Of a DNA stretch of 64,000 bases, positions 12,162 through 26,000 are shown piece by piece (the stretch's first letter is position 1; every line of letters begins with the position of its first letter). The stretch comes from Euglena gracilis (lineage: Eukaryota): the NCBI GenBank assembly GCA_039621445.1, contig CP154954.1, positions 30,508,395-30,572,394 on the forward strand, in the 5' to 3' direction. The notes under the pieces were generated by a model. The model was not told the DNA's origin, did no database searches, and saw nothing but the letters and a program-made list of their open reading frames with translations. A program made the translations under genes and the position numbers.

Positions 12162-15100
12162 ATGTCTCGTGCGTGCGGGTTGTTGGAGTGCTGTCACAGG
12201 GTGACAGTATTTTTCCCGTGTGTAGCGAGCCATGCAAACCTAGAGTGGGTGCGTCTTTGAATTTTTGTGTGTGCTTAATATTGCTTTCCTCACAAGTTCC
12301 GGATACATTTCTGACCCCCTGCCCCCCCCCCAAGCCCAAAGGGGGAATCATAATCTTGTTGGGCTGTTGTTCAGAGGTAGGACATTTGTTTTGGCTTCCT
12401 TCTTCATTGAAAGTACTTGCCCACCAATTTTTTGGGGGATCATCCTCTCTTAGCTCACCAACCAATTTCTGCAACATCCTTCCACAGAACCGGCAAGGAA
12501 AAAAAATTGGCTGCAGCAATTTATTTTGCACATTTTCATTTATGAATAAAATTGAGAATCACGAAGTTGACTTGTGCTTATTTCTCAGAATTTTTTTTAC
12601 CAAAAAAAATCACAGAAGTGTACCTGTTTTTTTTTTGCTAATTCCATCCCACCTGGGCAGTTGTCCTCTGGTCCAATGAGATGACAAAGCGCTGCTGAGG
12701 TCCTAGGTCCTGGCACACCTCTTCGTGTTTTTTTTGCATGTTTGCAGTGTACCTGACAGTTCTCAGCCACCCATAGCACCCGATGCAACGGCAGCACCGT
12801 CGCGTGAAACAGGTGTTGTTGTGCTCACACAGAGATCGGGTTACATCATTTGGGCTCCTCATTCTTTTGGAGCATTTCTTTCTGTGGCTGGTTTAGTTTT
12901 GAATCTCCGTTTGTAGGTCCACTCCTCTTTTTCACGGCTAAGGTTTAAGGGGTGATGAGAATCACAACCACAGGCCCAGGGCTGTACGGGAATCCCCGAA
13001 ACCTTATATGTGGTGGGTGGTTGGTCAACCCCCGACCCCCATCCTGGTGGATGGGGGGGGGGGCGGCTTCCAACCCTCCAAACCGTCCTTCCTGTACAGC
13101 TTTTCACAGACCCAGTTGCAGCCTTTTCCACTCATGTGCACGCAGTCGTCAAAGGGGTTCATTCTGCCAATGTGGTCTCAAATTCGTGGTTATGTTATTA
13201 TTTATTGAGGTGTGGTTCCATTGCCCCACCACAATTGAAAAGTTTCATCCGCGGCACAGCACTTTTGGATTCTGTCTTCTAAGCATAGGACCCCCCCCCC
13301 CACAAATGAAACCCCCAGGAGTTGAGAACAACCACATCCGCAGCGCCCCCCCCCCCAAGGGTGGATTTGCGCCAAAAGCACCTGGACGTTCTTACCCAGG
13401 CATTTTTTGCGACGACGGCGCAAGAAGCCCAGAAAAGGACTTTTCTGGGCAATGTTCTTCCCGACGACCCCCCCCCCACCGCTGCCGGCACATATGCTGG
13501 GGAAAGGGAGTGGGGGGGTTTGGGAGGGCGAGCAAGCTCATTTGGCAGGTCCCTCTCGCCGTGAAAGAGGGGCGTATACAAACGAACAGTCAACGGCACA
13601 GGCAGCACCGTTGGGTTGGGCTGCGGGTGCAGGGCCGGAGGCGCTGGGCGCGTACCGGCCTCGCAGCGCGGTGCGGATGCCGGTGACCTTCGGCCAGTCG
13701 ATGGCAACGCTGGTGTGCTCTCCCTGGTGGAGAACCTGGCACCGGGGATGGGTGGCCCCGTGTTTCGGGGTACAGACTCGCTGGCAGTAAAGTTGTGGGA
13801 ATTTAACCTTTCAAAAAAACTGAATTGCTTTGCGTCATTCTGCATTCTTTTTTTATTTTTCTTGCTGAAGGAGACAGGGAACCTCCTCCTGATAGGGACA
13901 GGAAGGCGTTTGCTGGAAGCATGGGCTTCCAATTCGGGAAGATTCCGACGCTCCCGACCTGGGGGCACTTCTGAGGCCGAGCCGGGCTGCCCCCTGCCCC
14001 AAACCCCCAGCCCCAGCCCCCTTGCCCGCCTCCCACCGCAGAGGGCTGCGCTGGGCGGGCCGGCACTGGCTGCCGCCCCCACCCCCGCCGAGGAGGCCGC
14101 CCTGCCCCCCACGCCTGGCGGCACCTCTCCGCCCCCCTCTGTCACGGCCGCGGGGGACCCAGACAGGCCGTTCCTTATCGGGCACCTCATCCAACCTCTG
14201 AGCCCGTAACACACAGACCACACACACACGCACACACACACACACACACCCACACACCCACACACACATACACAACACGGCACACCCACCCACCCACCCA
14301 CCCACCCACCCACCCACACCCACACACACACACCCGCACACACAGGGGAGGAAAGGCTTGAGCCTGCCACACCCCAAGCCTGGGGTCGGGGCAGTGGGGC
14401 CAGACGGCGGGGGTGAGGGGGCGACGCTCAAGCAGGACGGCACACAGGATGCCTGCCTGGGCTTTGGGGTCCCCACATGTCTGAACGGCCGGCATTGAAT
14501 TTGTTTTGGCATCGTCCACCCTGTCCGCTTTCCTTCCCCTGGCTCATGGAGAATTCTACCACACCCCAGCCAGCCAGCAGCCTTTTTCCAGCCAGCAGCC
14601 AGCCCCCCATCAACAAACTTTACCTATTTCCAGCCACCCTTCGGGCGGCTGGACACTAACGGATTTTTATTTTTCGGGGGTGCAAAAATGGGCCAAAAAT
14701 GGGTCAAAAATGGAGAAATATGGGTCGGAAACGGGCTGGCCAGGGCAAATTCGGGGTCAAAAAATTGATTTTTTTGCATGTGTGGCATAGGGGTCCTGGG
14801 CTGGAGCTGGGCCTGACCCCGGTACCCGGGGTCGGACCGGGTTCCAAAATGTCGAAATTGCTGAGCTGGACCCGCGGGGGGGGGTTCCTCAAGCAACGCC
14901 CTGCCCTGGCTTCCAAACCCACCTTTCGCTGCACCGAGGTGGAAGGTTACTGTAGCTCTCATGCCGCGCTTGGGACGGGTCGAGGCGTCGTGTTGTCGTT
15001 GAGGTCGTGCTCGGGGGTCTAGGCGCAGGGGTCTCATCAGAGACGTGGAGAGTGGGGCCGCCGCTGGCTGCGACTTGGAAGACCCGGACCCGGTCTTTGT

Positions 15101-18100
15101 GGCCCAGCAGCGGTGGATCCTGCGCGACATCCAGAACGAGCGGCGTGGTATGTCCCCCCTTTGTCTCAGGCGGTCCACTTTGCACTTAGCTCATAAAGGT
15201 GGAATTTCCGTGCGCATTCGCGCTATCTAAAACCTTTCCAAACGTTTTTGGGGCTGTTTTCGGGCCTCGTTTTTGATGAAAACACGGTCTCAAAACTCCA
15301 AGAAAAACAGCCCTCACAAATAAAATTGAAGGTTCCAATTCAAATCGCACAAACTGCATTGGACAGTTCCAAAAATACAGCCTGCCAATCTGCAGATTTT
15401 GTGGTCGCACACTGCCTTTCGCCTGGGAGCTGATGGACAAGTTCACAGCTCCGAAGAGTATCACCCGGTAATTACTGCCGCCAGAATGGCCGCTTTTTTT
15501 GGGACCGAAATGATGCATTCGGTGGTGTCCGGAATGCTGCCGCCTTTTCGACGCCTATTGGAAGTTCTAATTTGTGGTGCAAATCAAGAGCACACAGTCC
15601 GGTAAAAATCCTTGGCCATATCCAAGCACCTAGAAAAAAATGGCCGAAAATGGCCGAAAATGGCCGAAAATGGCGAAAATGGCCGAAAGTGGCTAAAAAT
15701 GAAAAAAATTGGCCAAAAGTGGCTAAAAATGCAATTTTTTTTGCTTGACAGTTTCTTTTTCCCTAAGGGGCAATTTCCGGTGCGACTGATTTTTGTCTCT
15801 GTGCAGCCTCTTTTCTCCTGGCATTATACCTGGCCCTGGAAGACATGCTGCTCGAAGGACTACCTGCGAATGGGTCACTGGGCGCAAGCTGAAGATTTTG
15901 ATGACATTTCAGAAATTTTGGTGACAAGGTGCAACCAGGCAAAGCATGTGAAGCGTTTTTTTTTCTCCGTCAAGTTGCGATTCCTTCACTAGGTGTATTG
16001 CACACTGTGCGCAACGTGGATAGGAGCTAACAGTGCCACCATCAAGCAACAGTGCTCAAGTTGGAAAAGGTGAATGGATGTCGTTTGTGAAAAGCATCCA
16101 CGCCAAGAGGCTTGAAGAGAAAAGGACGAAGGCACCAAGCACCTCTGATGATGCTGGGCGATGCTGGCCGATGCAGGGCGATGCTGGGCGATGCTGGGCG
16201 ATGCTGGATTTTTGGAGACCAGAGGTGGGGTTCCGATGCTGGGCGATGCTGGGCGATGCAGGGCGATGCTGGGCGATGCTGGGCGATGCTGGCATTTTTT
16301 TTTGTATATTTTGGAGAATTGAACCATTTTGGGATAATTTTCCCACAAAGCTCCAGTTTGGCACCCATTTTGGCCATTGTGGGTGAATTTTTGCTAATTT
16401 GGGGGCTGTTTATCACTGATTTGGCAAACATTGGGCTAATTGGGGCCTTTTTGAGCAGATTTTATGGCATTTTTGGCCATTTTGCTCCTTTTTGGTGATT
16501 TTGGGTCATTTTTCACAATCTTTTGTGGACATTTGTTGGTGTTTTTGGCAATTTTTGGTTATTTTGGTTGCTTTTTTGGGGCTTTTTGTGGTCAATTTTG
16601 GGCTTTTTGTGGCCATTTTTGGGTGCTTTTGTGGTTATTTTGGCTTGGTCAGGAGCCAACGGATGAATATTGGACAGATGCTGGACAAGATGCAGATGCT
16701 GGACAAGATGAACTGGGTGCAGGCACTGGACAAGATGCAGATGCTAGACAAGATGCCGATGCTGGACAAGATGCAGCTGCTGGACAAGATGCAGACACTG
16801 GACAAGATGCCGATGCTGGACAAGATGAACTGGATGCAGACATTGGACAACATGCAGATGGTGGACAAGATGCAGTTGCTAGGCAAGAAGCAGATGCTGG
16901 ACAAGATGCAGATGCTAGACAGGATCAGATACTGGACAAGATGCAGATGGACAAGATGCAGATGCTGGACAAGATGAACTGGATGCAGACACTGGACAAC
17001 ATGTAGATGGTGGACAAGATACTGGACAAGATGCCGATGCTGGACAAGATGCAGATGCTGGACAAGATGCAGATGCTGGACAAGATGCCGATGCTGGACA
17101 AGATGCAGCTGCTGTACAAGATGCAGACACTGCACAAGATGCAGATGCTGGACAAGATGCAACGAGACAAGACGCAGTGGATGCAGATTTGGACAAGTTT
17201 CGGAAGCTGGACAAGGCAGCGGATGAGACGCAGCCGAAGCCACTCCCTGCAAAAGCCTGGCCTTGGAGCTGAACAGATTGGTCAACACAATCGACTGGTC
17301 GGATACGGCCACACTTTGCCGTGTCTTTTCTTGGTTGTTGCTGGTTTAACCTCTGAACAATTACACTCGCGATCCAGCCTGGTCTGGGCGGGGTGTTGGG
17401 TCGACACCCAGTTGTTGTTGCAGGGGTGCCACCCTCCACCCTCCAGCACAACAACTGTTCTGGATTTTGTTTGTCTGACCGGCAAGAGGCTTGCAACTTG
17501 CATTCGATGTTGCCATCTCACAGGCCTGCACCACACCCTGTGCCGGCAAAAAGCAGCAAAAGTGGTCAAAAAGCAGCAAAAGTGGGCAAAAAAAGTGAAA
17601 GTCATCAAAAAGCAGCAACAATGGCCAAAGGTGGGAAAAAAGTAACAAACGTGGGCAAAAGTGGTCGAAAAGCAACAAAAGTTGTTAAAAGTGGTCAAAA
17701 AGCAGGCAAAAGGGGCCAAAAGTGGTCAAAAAGCAACAAAAGTGATCAAAAAGCTGCAAAGGTGGTTGGAAATGGGCAAAAGTGGGCAAAAAGCAGCAAA
17801 AGTGGTCAAGAAGCAGTCAAAAGTGGTCAAAGTGGGCAAAAAGCAGTCAAAAGTGGTCAAAGTGGTCAAAAAGCAACCAAAGATGGCCAAAAGTAGCCAA
17901 AAGTGGGCTAGAGCGGCAAACGCAGCAGGCATTATAGGTACACCTTCAAGGGCTCCAAAGGCGATGCTGGGCGATGCTGGGCGATGCTGGGCGATGCTGG
18001 GCGATGCTGGGCGATGCTGGGCGATGCTGGGCGATGCTGGGCCCAAGGGCATGGCTGACCAGAGGTGCTTGGAAGGCACCTGCCATTGCACAACCCCCAG

Positions 18101-19115
18101 TTTTGGTGTCGCCACCCACCATTGTGGTTAATGTGCCATGTGCGAACCACTCTCATGAAACATCCCAAGAACCCCCGGCAAAAAAGATGGTAGCCAAGTG
18201 CCACAAAGATTGATGGGATCCACCAAAGTGATATCTTCGCCATCGATGGACATATACTTCAGAAACAAATTTCTTAAAGGACTTCCGTCATTGCGCAAAG
18301 AGACCCTAAATAGCTCAAGTGCGAAGGAGTTAAGTGTTTGGTCCTCCGATCGGGGCCCCAGTGGACCCACTGCGACCCCCCCTCCGTCCTCCCACAGGTC
18401 TGCAGCGCTCGCTCAGCGCGCCGAGTGCCCCCACCGGGATTCCCCACAGCCGCGTGGCGAACGGCAGTCCTGCTGCTGTGAAGCGGTGCCAGGCTGGGAC
18501 TCCGCCGGGGACGGGGGGGGTCGACGGACCGCATCATTTCTCCCCTGAGTGAGTCACTTTCCCCCCTCCGGACACCGGAAGAAGGTCCTTTTTTTGCTTT
18601 GGTGAGGTGCATATTTGCACGTTTGCACGCTGGACATCGTCACACTCGCCACTTGCTTGATGCTCCAAGTTGGACGGGGCAGACGGGCCCCCCCCCCCCC
18701 CCCGGCCCCCTGGGCTGGCCTCCAAGGGGCAGGGGGATGGGGTGGCGGAGCCGCACCACCGACCAACCCCAGCCCCGGGAGCGCAGCCAAGAAGCCCCGC
18801 TACACTTGCCCCGGCCCCCACCCCTGCCTTTGCCCCCCCACCCCCTCTCCCCCTCTCCTTTTTCCCCCTCCACCCCCCCCATTGCTGCCAGGGGTTCCAT
18901 TGCTGCCTGGGGTTGGGGCCCTGGGGCCCGGCTGCAAAGGCGGGCCGCCCCCAGCGACCGGCGGTCCAGAGCACCATGTGGCAGGCGTTCCTCCCCCGGG
19001 GCCCGCCCCCGCCGCCCTGCCCAGGGCAGCCCCGTGGGTCCCGTTGCCAATGGGCCCGGCCGGGGTGGACACCGGGCAGCCCCCGCTGTTGGTGAAAGAG
19101 AGGCGCCTGCCATAA
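9250..19115 (+). CDS. Tentative downstream exons: low-complexity C-terminal extension of the SNM1 gene or a separate hypothetical gene
   Basis: Several AG/GT-bounded GC-rich pieces: ~10750-10844 joined in phase to 10925-11026 (DSSSLLYDESSCVFFDEGED), 13633-13712, 15029-15147 joined in phase to 18398-~18425, and a possible end VKERRLP* at 19115. The full chain is not resolved. Confidence 0.4.
9500..9990. repeat. Compound microsatellite (GGTGTG)n-(GCT)n-(GTTT)n-(GTT)n-(GCGT)n-(GT)n
   Basis: Directly visible adjacent simple-repeat tracts. Confidence 0.95.
16136..18071. mobile_element. Family B hAT-like element nested in a family A copy that starts at 15623
   Basis: TIR CAAGCACCTCTG/CAGAGGTGCTTG and TSD GAAGGCAC (16128-16135, 18072-18079). 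The flanks resume sequence homologous to 2210-2330 of family A. Confidence 0.9.
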
Positions 19116-20016
19116 CGACGGCTTCCTAAAGCCAGGGCGGTCCGAACCTGAAAATTTGAAGGAAAAAAACGAATCGAAAGCCTGTGTGTTCTGACGTTTT
19201 AAATGTGTTCGCACAGGATTTTTCAAAAAAAAATTCACTCGGGGGCCGCCCTGCCCTGCCTGAAGATGAAAAAAAGAATGGGTGGCACGGCGAGCCAATG
19301 TTTTTCCGAAATGCTGCCACAAGGCGGATGAGGGGTATGTGGGGCGCATCATTATCCGGGGCCTCCTTGGCTCAGATGTGCATTTGGCCCAGACGTCCAT
19401 CTCGACACATTAGTGCCCTGGCCCTGGGTAGTGCAAGGGCTGGACACATTTGTTGTATGGTAGTTGGTGGCTATCTGCCGCTCCCCCCCAACACACACAC
19501 ACACACACACAGGCACAACTCTCACCACATTTGAAGTCCCACAGCCACCGCACACGATGTGTTTCCTTCAACACATCGCTCCTCTCCCCAATCCCCAACA
19601 TTGCTGGTGGTCCACCCATGCCTGTACCTTGCCCGAAGGAATGCCGGGCAGGCCTCAGATGCACAGTCACAGAAAGCGGCACCATAACACAACCCCCCCC
19701 CCGCTAATGCTTCTAACCTCACCACAACACCACCCAGCAGTTAGTTGGATGTCGGGATGGAACCATGCTTATTTTTTTTGTAAATTTGGCAGATGTCCTG
19801 CACCGTCAGAAATAGTTTTTGAGCAAGGCCAACTCCCCCGCAAGGATATGATTGGACGTTCCACCATTCCAGAGAGAATTTCTGCCACAAAGAACAACAA
19901 TGGGTTTTTTTTTAAAAAATAGGAGAACTTTGCCACATCTCGATTTTCTTGGGCCAGTGGCCAGAGCCAAGCAGTACGCCATGTTGCAGGGTTGCACAAC
20001 CAGTTAAGCGCTGGAC

Positions 20017-21775
20017 CATACACCTCTTTAAGGTTTTGCAGGCCTGTAGGCCTGCCACCCCCCCCCCCACGGGCTCCGTTTCGGACGTTCCACATATAGT
20101 TGGAAAGCTAAGGAGATAAGCTTTCCAACCCATCTGGTCCCACGTCCAAATAAGCTGGGAGTCGACGGGAAACGGCAAAACACCCCCCCCCCCCCCCCCG
20201 GGTGGGTGGCCGGGGCTGGCTGTAGTCCTGGCTCCCCGGCCGATTTTGACTCCAGCAGATTTCGGCCCAGCCCAGCAGCATCAGCACCCTTCCTCCCCGG
20301 GGGGGGGGGGGGGATGCTGCTAGCCCAACTAGCCAGCCCCCTTTTTTTTGCTGGACCCATCCGAAAAAAATTTTCGAAGCGCCGGAAACAGGGTCGATCA
20401 ATTAGCTGACTGTTTTTGGTCAACCGATTAAATTTATTGGGGCCCTCGGTTAACCGATTAACCGATCTCAGGGCCGAAAAAAAGGCACTCTCCCAGGCTT
20501 TTGGAACCAGGCATTTGCTTAAGGGATTGCAGTACCCCCCCCCCCCCCCCGGGGGGTGTGGACTGCAACTAGTTCAAATTTGGCTAGTGGGATTTTTTCC
20601 CAGTGACCGGCGCGAAGAGCCGAAATTTTTTGGGACCCCAAAGTGCCAATGCCCGTTTTTTTTTTTTTTTTTTTTTGTTGGGGGGGGGGAGGGAGGGGGG
20701 GGCTGAGGTGGGGGGGGGGGGGGGGGGGGGGGGGGGGCGGGGGGGGGGGGGGGGGTGTGGAAATTTTTTTCCCAGTGACCGGCGCGAAGCGCCGAAAATT
20801 TTTTGGGGACCCCCAAAATTGGCCAAAAATGCCCGTTTTTGGCCATTTTTGGGAATTTTTGGAACAAAATCAGCCAAAAACCTATTAAAAACCTCATTTT
20901 TCCTCTGGCGCACAGCGCCGGGGGAAATTTTTTTTTCCAGTCCACCCCCCCCCGCCCCCCCCCCCCCCCCGGGGTCCTTAAGCAAATGCCTGTTTGGAAC
21001 CTCGTTCCATAGCTGCACCAGCCTCACATCGTTGTGATGCTGACATGTGAACCTGTTTTTTTTTTTGCGGCTCCCCTGCTCTTTGTACCGTGCATTCTCT
21101 TCAGGCGGGTCCCCAGCACTTGTGGATCTCTGAGAATTTTTGTGAGCTTTTTTTGAGGAGCTTTTTATCTTTTTTTGAGGAGCTTTTTTTGGGAAGCTTC
21201 TCTTTTGACATTTTTTTTGTTTTCTTTTTTTGGAGATCCATCACCTTCAATCACACCCAAAAGAGCAGCATTCATTCTGACAAACATCAAGCCCCATACT
21301 CATGATGCGTCATGATGAGTGGCCCCCCAAAAAAACAAAGGAATCAAAAGAAAACTGATTCCTGCCTTTTTTTGTGGTCGTCCCCCCCCCCAAAGTCCTT
21401 TTGCCCCCCCAAACAATCCAGGGCTTCTTTGCTCTCCATTACCCTTTAACTGATTGGTAAACTGCACCCCCCCTCAATTAGTCAATTAATTGGGGGGGTC
21501 ATGGTTAGTTAACTGACCGTTGGTTAACCAAACAACCCTGCTGGAAATTCGGGGGGACGGTCCAAAGATGGCCGGAAAATGGTCTGTTTGGAGTTTTTTT
21601 TATGGGTTTTTGATGTTGTCACGTGCGCACGCTGAAGACAGTGTTTCCTCGTTATTTTTCTTTTTCCCCCAAAATTAGTTTCCCCCACCTGGGGAGGGGC
21701 GAGCTAGCAGCCCAAATTTCTAGCCCTTGCCAGCCCCCCCCCCCCCCCCGCGCAAGGTCCTTAAAGAGATCTATG
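20017..21775. mobile_element. CATAC-family MITE enlarged by nested insertions
   Basis: Ends CATACACCTCTTTAAGG / CCTTAAAGAGATCTATG and TSD CGCTGGAC (20009-20016, 21776-21783). Confidence 0.8.
20508..20992. mobile_element. hAT-like MITE (CAGGCATTTGCTTAAGG family)
   Basis: Perfect 17-bp TIR and TSD TTTGGAAC (20500-20507, 20993-21000). Confidence 0.9.
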
Positions 21776-22407
21776 CGCTGGACCCAAGCTGAACGTTGAT
21801 TTTCTGTTAAATTTCTCTGGGGGATTCTTTTTTTCTTTCCAATTTTGATGTCGATTATTCCGAGCTCTGAACTCTTCGATTTGTTTCGAATGCATTGTTT
21901 TCCATCGTAGTCAAAGAAATCCTCCGTTACACCCAACCATTCTGGCTGGCAATCGCCTCTTCTTTCCTGTTTGAGTTTTTTTATGTCCAGTTTGCTTCAA
22001 CCCCGAACAGGGTTCGTTGGCGATAGTGATGCAACAGTGGTTCTTTTTTCTGAACTTGGGCACTTTCTGAATTGAAACCCAGCTGAATATATTGAACATG
22101 TCGACAGCAATGAGCATAATTCTTGGGGTTCATAACCAACAATGTGTAATTTTTCTATCACGGAATCCAAAGTCCATTGTCACACAAGATAGGCAGGAGG
22201 GGCAGGATTTCCCCAAAAGTTGACAGGAAGGAGGTTTCGTCCCCCTGTCGGAGCAAAGGTTCTATTGTGTTTGGTGTTCCCCACCGGAGGTGGTATTTTC
22301 CTCTGTTTTCCGAAGAAGAAGAAAATTGGACCCCAGAATTGACCCCCCAGAAGCGGGTCCCCCCAAGCCCCCCCCCCCCCCCAGGGGGTGGGTGGGTGGA
22401 ACCGGAC

Positions 22408-22813
22408 CAGGCTTTTGCTTTAGGGATTGCAGTACCCCCCCCCCCGGAGGGGCGGGGGGGGGGGGCTGGACTGCAGCTAGTCCAAATCTTGGCTAGTGGG
22501 ATTTCTAGCAGGGCTAGCTAGTGGAAAAAATTTTTTCCAGTCACCGGCGCAAAGTGCCGGAAATTTTTTGAGACCCCCCAAAATGGCCAAAGATGCCCGT
22601 TTTTAGCCATTTTTGGGAATTTTTGGAACAAAATCAGCCAAAAACCCATTGAAAACCTCATTTCCACCTTGGCGCGCAGCGCCAGAGGAAAATTTTTTTC
22701 CAGTTGGGGGGACCTCCGGATCCCCGGGGGGTCTAGCTGGTCCATTTTTTTCCAGTGTCTAGCCGATTGGCTAGCCAGTACCCCCCCCCCCCGGGTCCTT
22801 AAGCAAAAGCCTG
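22408..22813. mobile_element. hAT-like MITE, same family as 20508-20992
   Basis: CAGGCTTTTGCTT / AAGCAAAAGCCTG ends, TSD AACCGGAC (22400-22407, 22814-22821), and internal similarity to 20508-20992. Confidence 0.88.
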
Positions 22814-23002
22814 AACCGGACTCCCTGGGTCCTAACAAAAACCTCTGTGTTGGAAGTTGTCAGAGGCGTTGAAGGCCCCATGCCTTCCGCCGTGTGACCC
22901 CGGCCGTGCCGCCTCTGTCAGTGGCCGGGGCCACCCCTGGCCACCCCTTGCCCCCATTTGGTCGCAGCCCCTCCTCCCCACGCCCTCACCCTCAAGCCTA
23001 GG

Positions 23003-26000
23003 ATGGGGAAGCAGAAGGCCCGGGCGCCCCCCGAGGCTCCATCCGCTGCCCATCAGCCCTTCCGGAAGCGACCCCTGACGGGGGAATTCCACCCACGGAG
23101 TCGCTTGAGCTGCAGGGGACCCTCCTCTTCATGGGGGTCCAGCCAGCCAGCCAGCAGCATTTGTCCAGTCCCCATCGAGAGTAAATGCTGTCCTGCCAAC
23201 TGAACCTAAAGGGCGGCTGGTTGGCAATGAATTTTCTTGTCTTTGGTGGGTGCAGAAATGGGTCATAAATGGGCAGTGATCGAAAAGCTGGCCAGGAAGA
23301 TTTTGGTCAAAAGATCGATATCTTGCAGAATTAGCCACATGTTTTTTTGGACATCTTTGTGTTTTTTTATTTTTATTTTTGAGTCCCCAGTTCGACGCTG
23401 GGCAGGGGTTTTTTTCCAGCCCAAATCTGGCAGCCTCTGAGCTGGAACCCCCCCCCCATGGGTCGTCAAGCAACGCCCTGGTTCCACCGCAGCGGAAGCA
23501 GTGCCGATGCGAAGGTCTACGATGCGGAGCGCTACGCCCTACAGCGGGTGTGGCCCGATGTGCATGGCAGCCCTGCATTGCCTGCCCCCCTCGGCTGCAC
23601 GCCACGGTTGGGCAGCGTCTTCCCTGCGCATCCGCTGCGCGCATCTGCTGGTTGCGCACACCTTTTTTCGAGTGTTGTCGTTGTATGATGTAACCAGGAG
23701 GTCTCCACTAGCAAGCTATTGCTAGGCTCAATCGATTCAGACAGCTTAAGGCGGGATTTCGAGGACAAGAAGCATTCTTGATTGAGTTTGGAGAAGGGAA
23801 CACCCGTCATCTCCATTGAGGAGCGGGCTGGACTCCCATACCACGGAATAACCCCCCCCCCCAGTTATAAACCAGGTTTTTCTCAGTGCTGAGCTATTTG
23901 TTGTCAAAAGTAAATGCCGGGTGGCTCGGCCTGGCCCGCCCCCCCCCCCCCCCAGGGGGCCAGCACCAGGGTGTATGGGAAGCTCCGCAGACATGAGGTA
24001 GGTGGTAGGGGGGGGGGGGGTGCCCACCCCCCCTCCTAGGGGGCAGGCCGTATTTTAGTTGGGTGCCGACCCCACTCCGGGGGGGGTAGGGCACACGGAG
24101 TTAGCGCCGGCCATAAACAGACAAGAAGCCTTAGTGCAACTAAGAGGGTAGGGCACACGGCCAAAAGTGCCCCATCACAGACCCCGACGCCGAAGGCGCT
24201 GGGGAGCCAAAAATAGCCTATTTTCAAAGGGATGTGCCTGGGCGCAGACCGAAATCCGACCCCCCGGAGGGGGGGGGGTAGTGCCTGCAGGGCAGGCACC
24301 CCAAGGCACTCCGGACCCCCCCGTTGGGGGGTGGTTAAAAAAAACAGCCTGCTAGGGGGGTAAGGTGGTAGGGGGGGGGTCCCCCCACCCCCACCCCCCT
24401 AGTTTTGGAAAAGGGTTCCCCCACCCCCCCCCTTCACGCCGGGTGTGTATTTTAGGACCCTCTTGAGGCTCAGTATGAAATTTTGGAAAAATGGCCAAAA
24501 TTGGCCGAAAAATGGCCGTAACTCAGGCTAGGCAGGGAGTTGCGTGGAAATCAAAATACTGTCAGATGGAGCATTTTAAGGGCTTCAATTCAGGTCTCCG
24601 GACATTTCCTTTGATTCCCCACCATTTTTGAGAAATTTCAGAAAAAATGATCTTTTGACCCCCCAAAAACAGCCGAAATTTTCGGTGACCGAAAACTGGA
24701 GGTGGAAGGGGGTCCCCCCCACCCCCCCCAGTTTTGGAAGGGGGGTCCCCTCCCTCCCCCCCCCCTCCGAAATTCACATACACGCCTGGCAGCCCCACAG
24801 TGCTGCAGTCAAGTCTGCAGCACTGTTTTGGACGTAAATCGCCCATAGCTTGGGCCAGGTGAGCAGTTGCAGGGAAATCAAAACACCGTTAGGTAGGGCG
24901 GTTTAATGGCTTCAGGTCTCCGACATTTTGCTTGATTTTGCTTCGTTTTCGAGATGTTTGTCATTGCGCGATCTTTTGGGCCCAAAAAAATGGCCAAATT
25001 GGCCGGAAAATGACCGTTGCAGGGAGTTGAAATAAAAAACGAACATCTTGGTATGTGGAACGTTCCTGGGGCTTTATTTTAGGTCGCCGATAATTTCTTT
25101 TGATTCCCCACCATTTTTGAAAAATTTTGGATGAAACGATTTTTTGACTCAAATATCAGCAGAGCCTGCAGCTCTGTTTTGGGGCGTAAACTGGCCATAT
25201 CTCGGGCTAGGCGGGGGGTTGCAAGGAAACCAAAATACCGTTGGATTCAGGTCTCTGGGTGTTTTGCTTGACTTTACTTCATTTTCGAGATATTTGGCAT
25301 TTCGCGATTTTTGGGCCCAAAAAAAAAACGGCCCAAAGTGTTGCTGGTGTGCCTGTTTTTGGGCCCCAGACGGGTCCAGCCCGGCAGCCAGGTTCAACCC
25401 ACCTCCCTGGACCCCCACCCCCAAGGGGGGGGGGATCCAGCCAGTCCCTTTTTCCCGCCGGCCGGCTGAACCCCCTGGGGAAGGAATTCCCTGCTCCCCC
25501 CACTTATAAATCATCAAAATGCTTTTTCTGACGAATTTTTGCCAAGATTTGCCAATTTGGCTATTTTTGGGGTTGGTTTTTGGCCAAAAATTCTTTGAAT
25601 TTTAAACTCCCGCGTACCCCCCGTTCGGCTGGCCAACCAAACCTGATCCAACAACCCAGGGGGGTTTATAAGCGGGGGGGTCAGGGATGTGTGGGAAGCC
25701 CATTGGTGTTGAGGTTGGTCGTGGGGGGGGGGGGGCTCCCCAAGGGGGGTCAGGTGGTAGGGGAGGTCTGGATTTCCCATCCCCTCTTTCACAGGTTCTA
25801 AAAACAGCGAATTTTTTCTTCCGCCGTGTGTCAGCACGTGCAAAAAAACTGCCTTTTTCCCCTCATTTTGAGTGTATTGCACATTTTTGGATGTTTTGGT
25901 ATATTCCACACAAAAAAAACAGCATTTTTGGATCTATATTTGTTTTGGATGAAAAATCAGGGGATTTCCAACAATTTTGGCAGCTTTTTTATTGTTCACA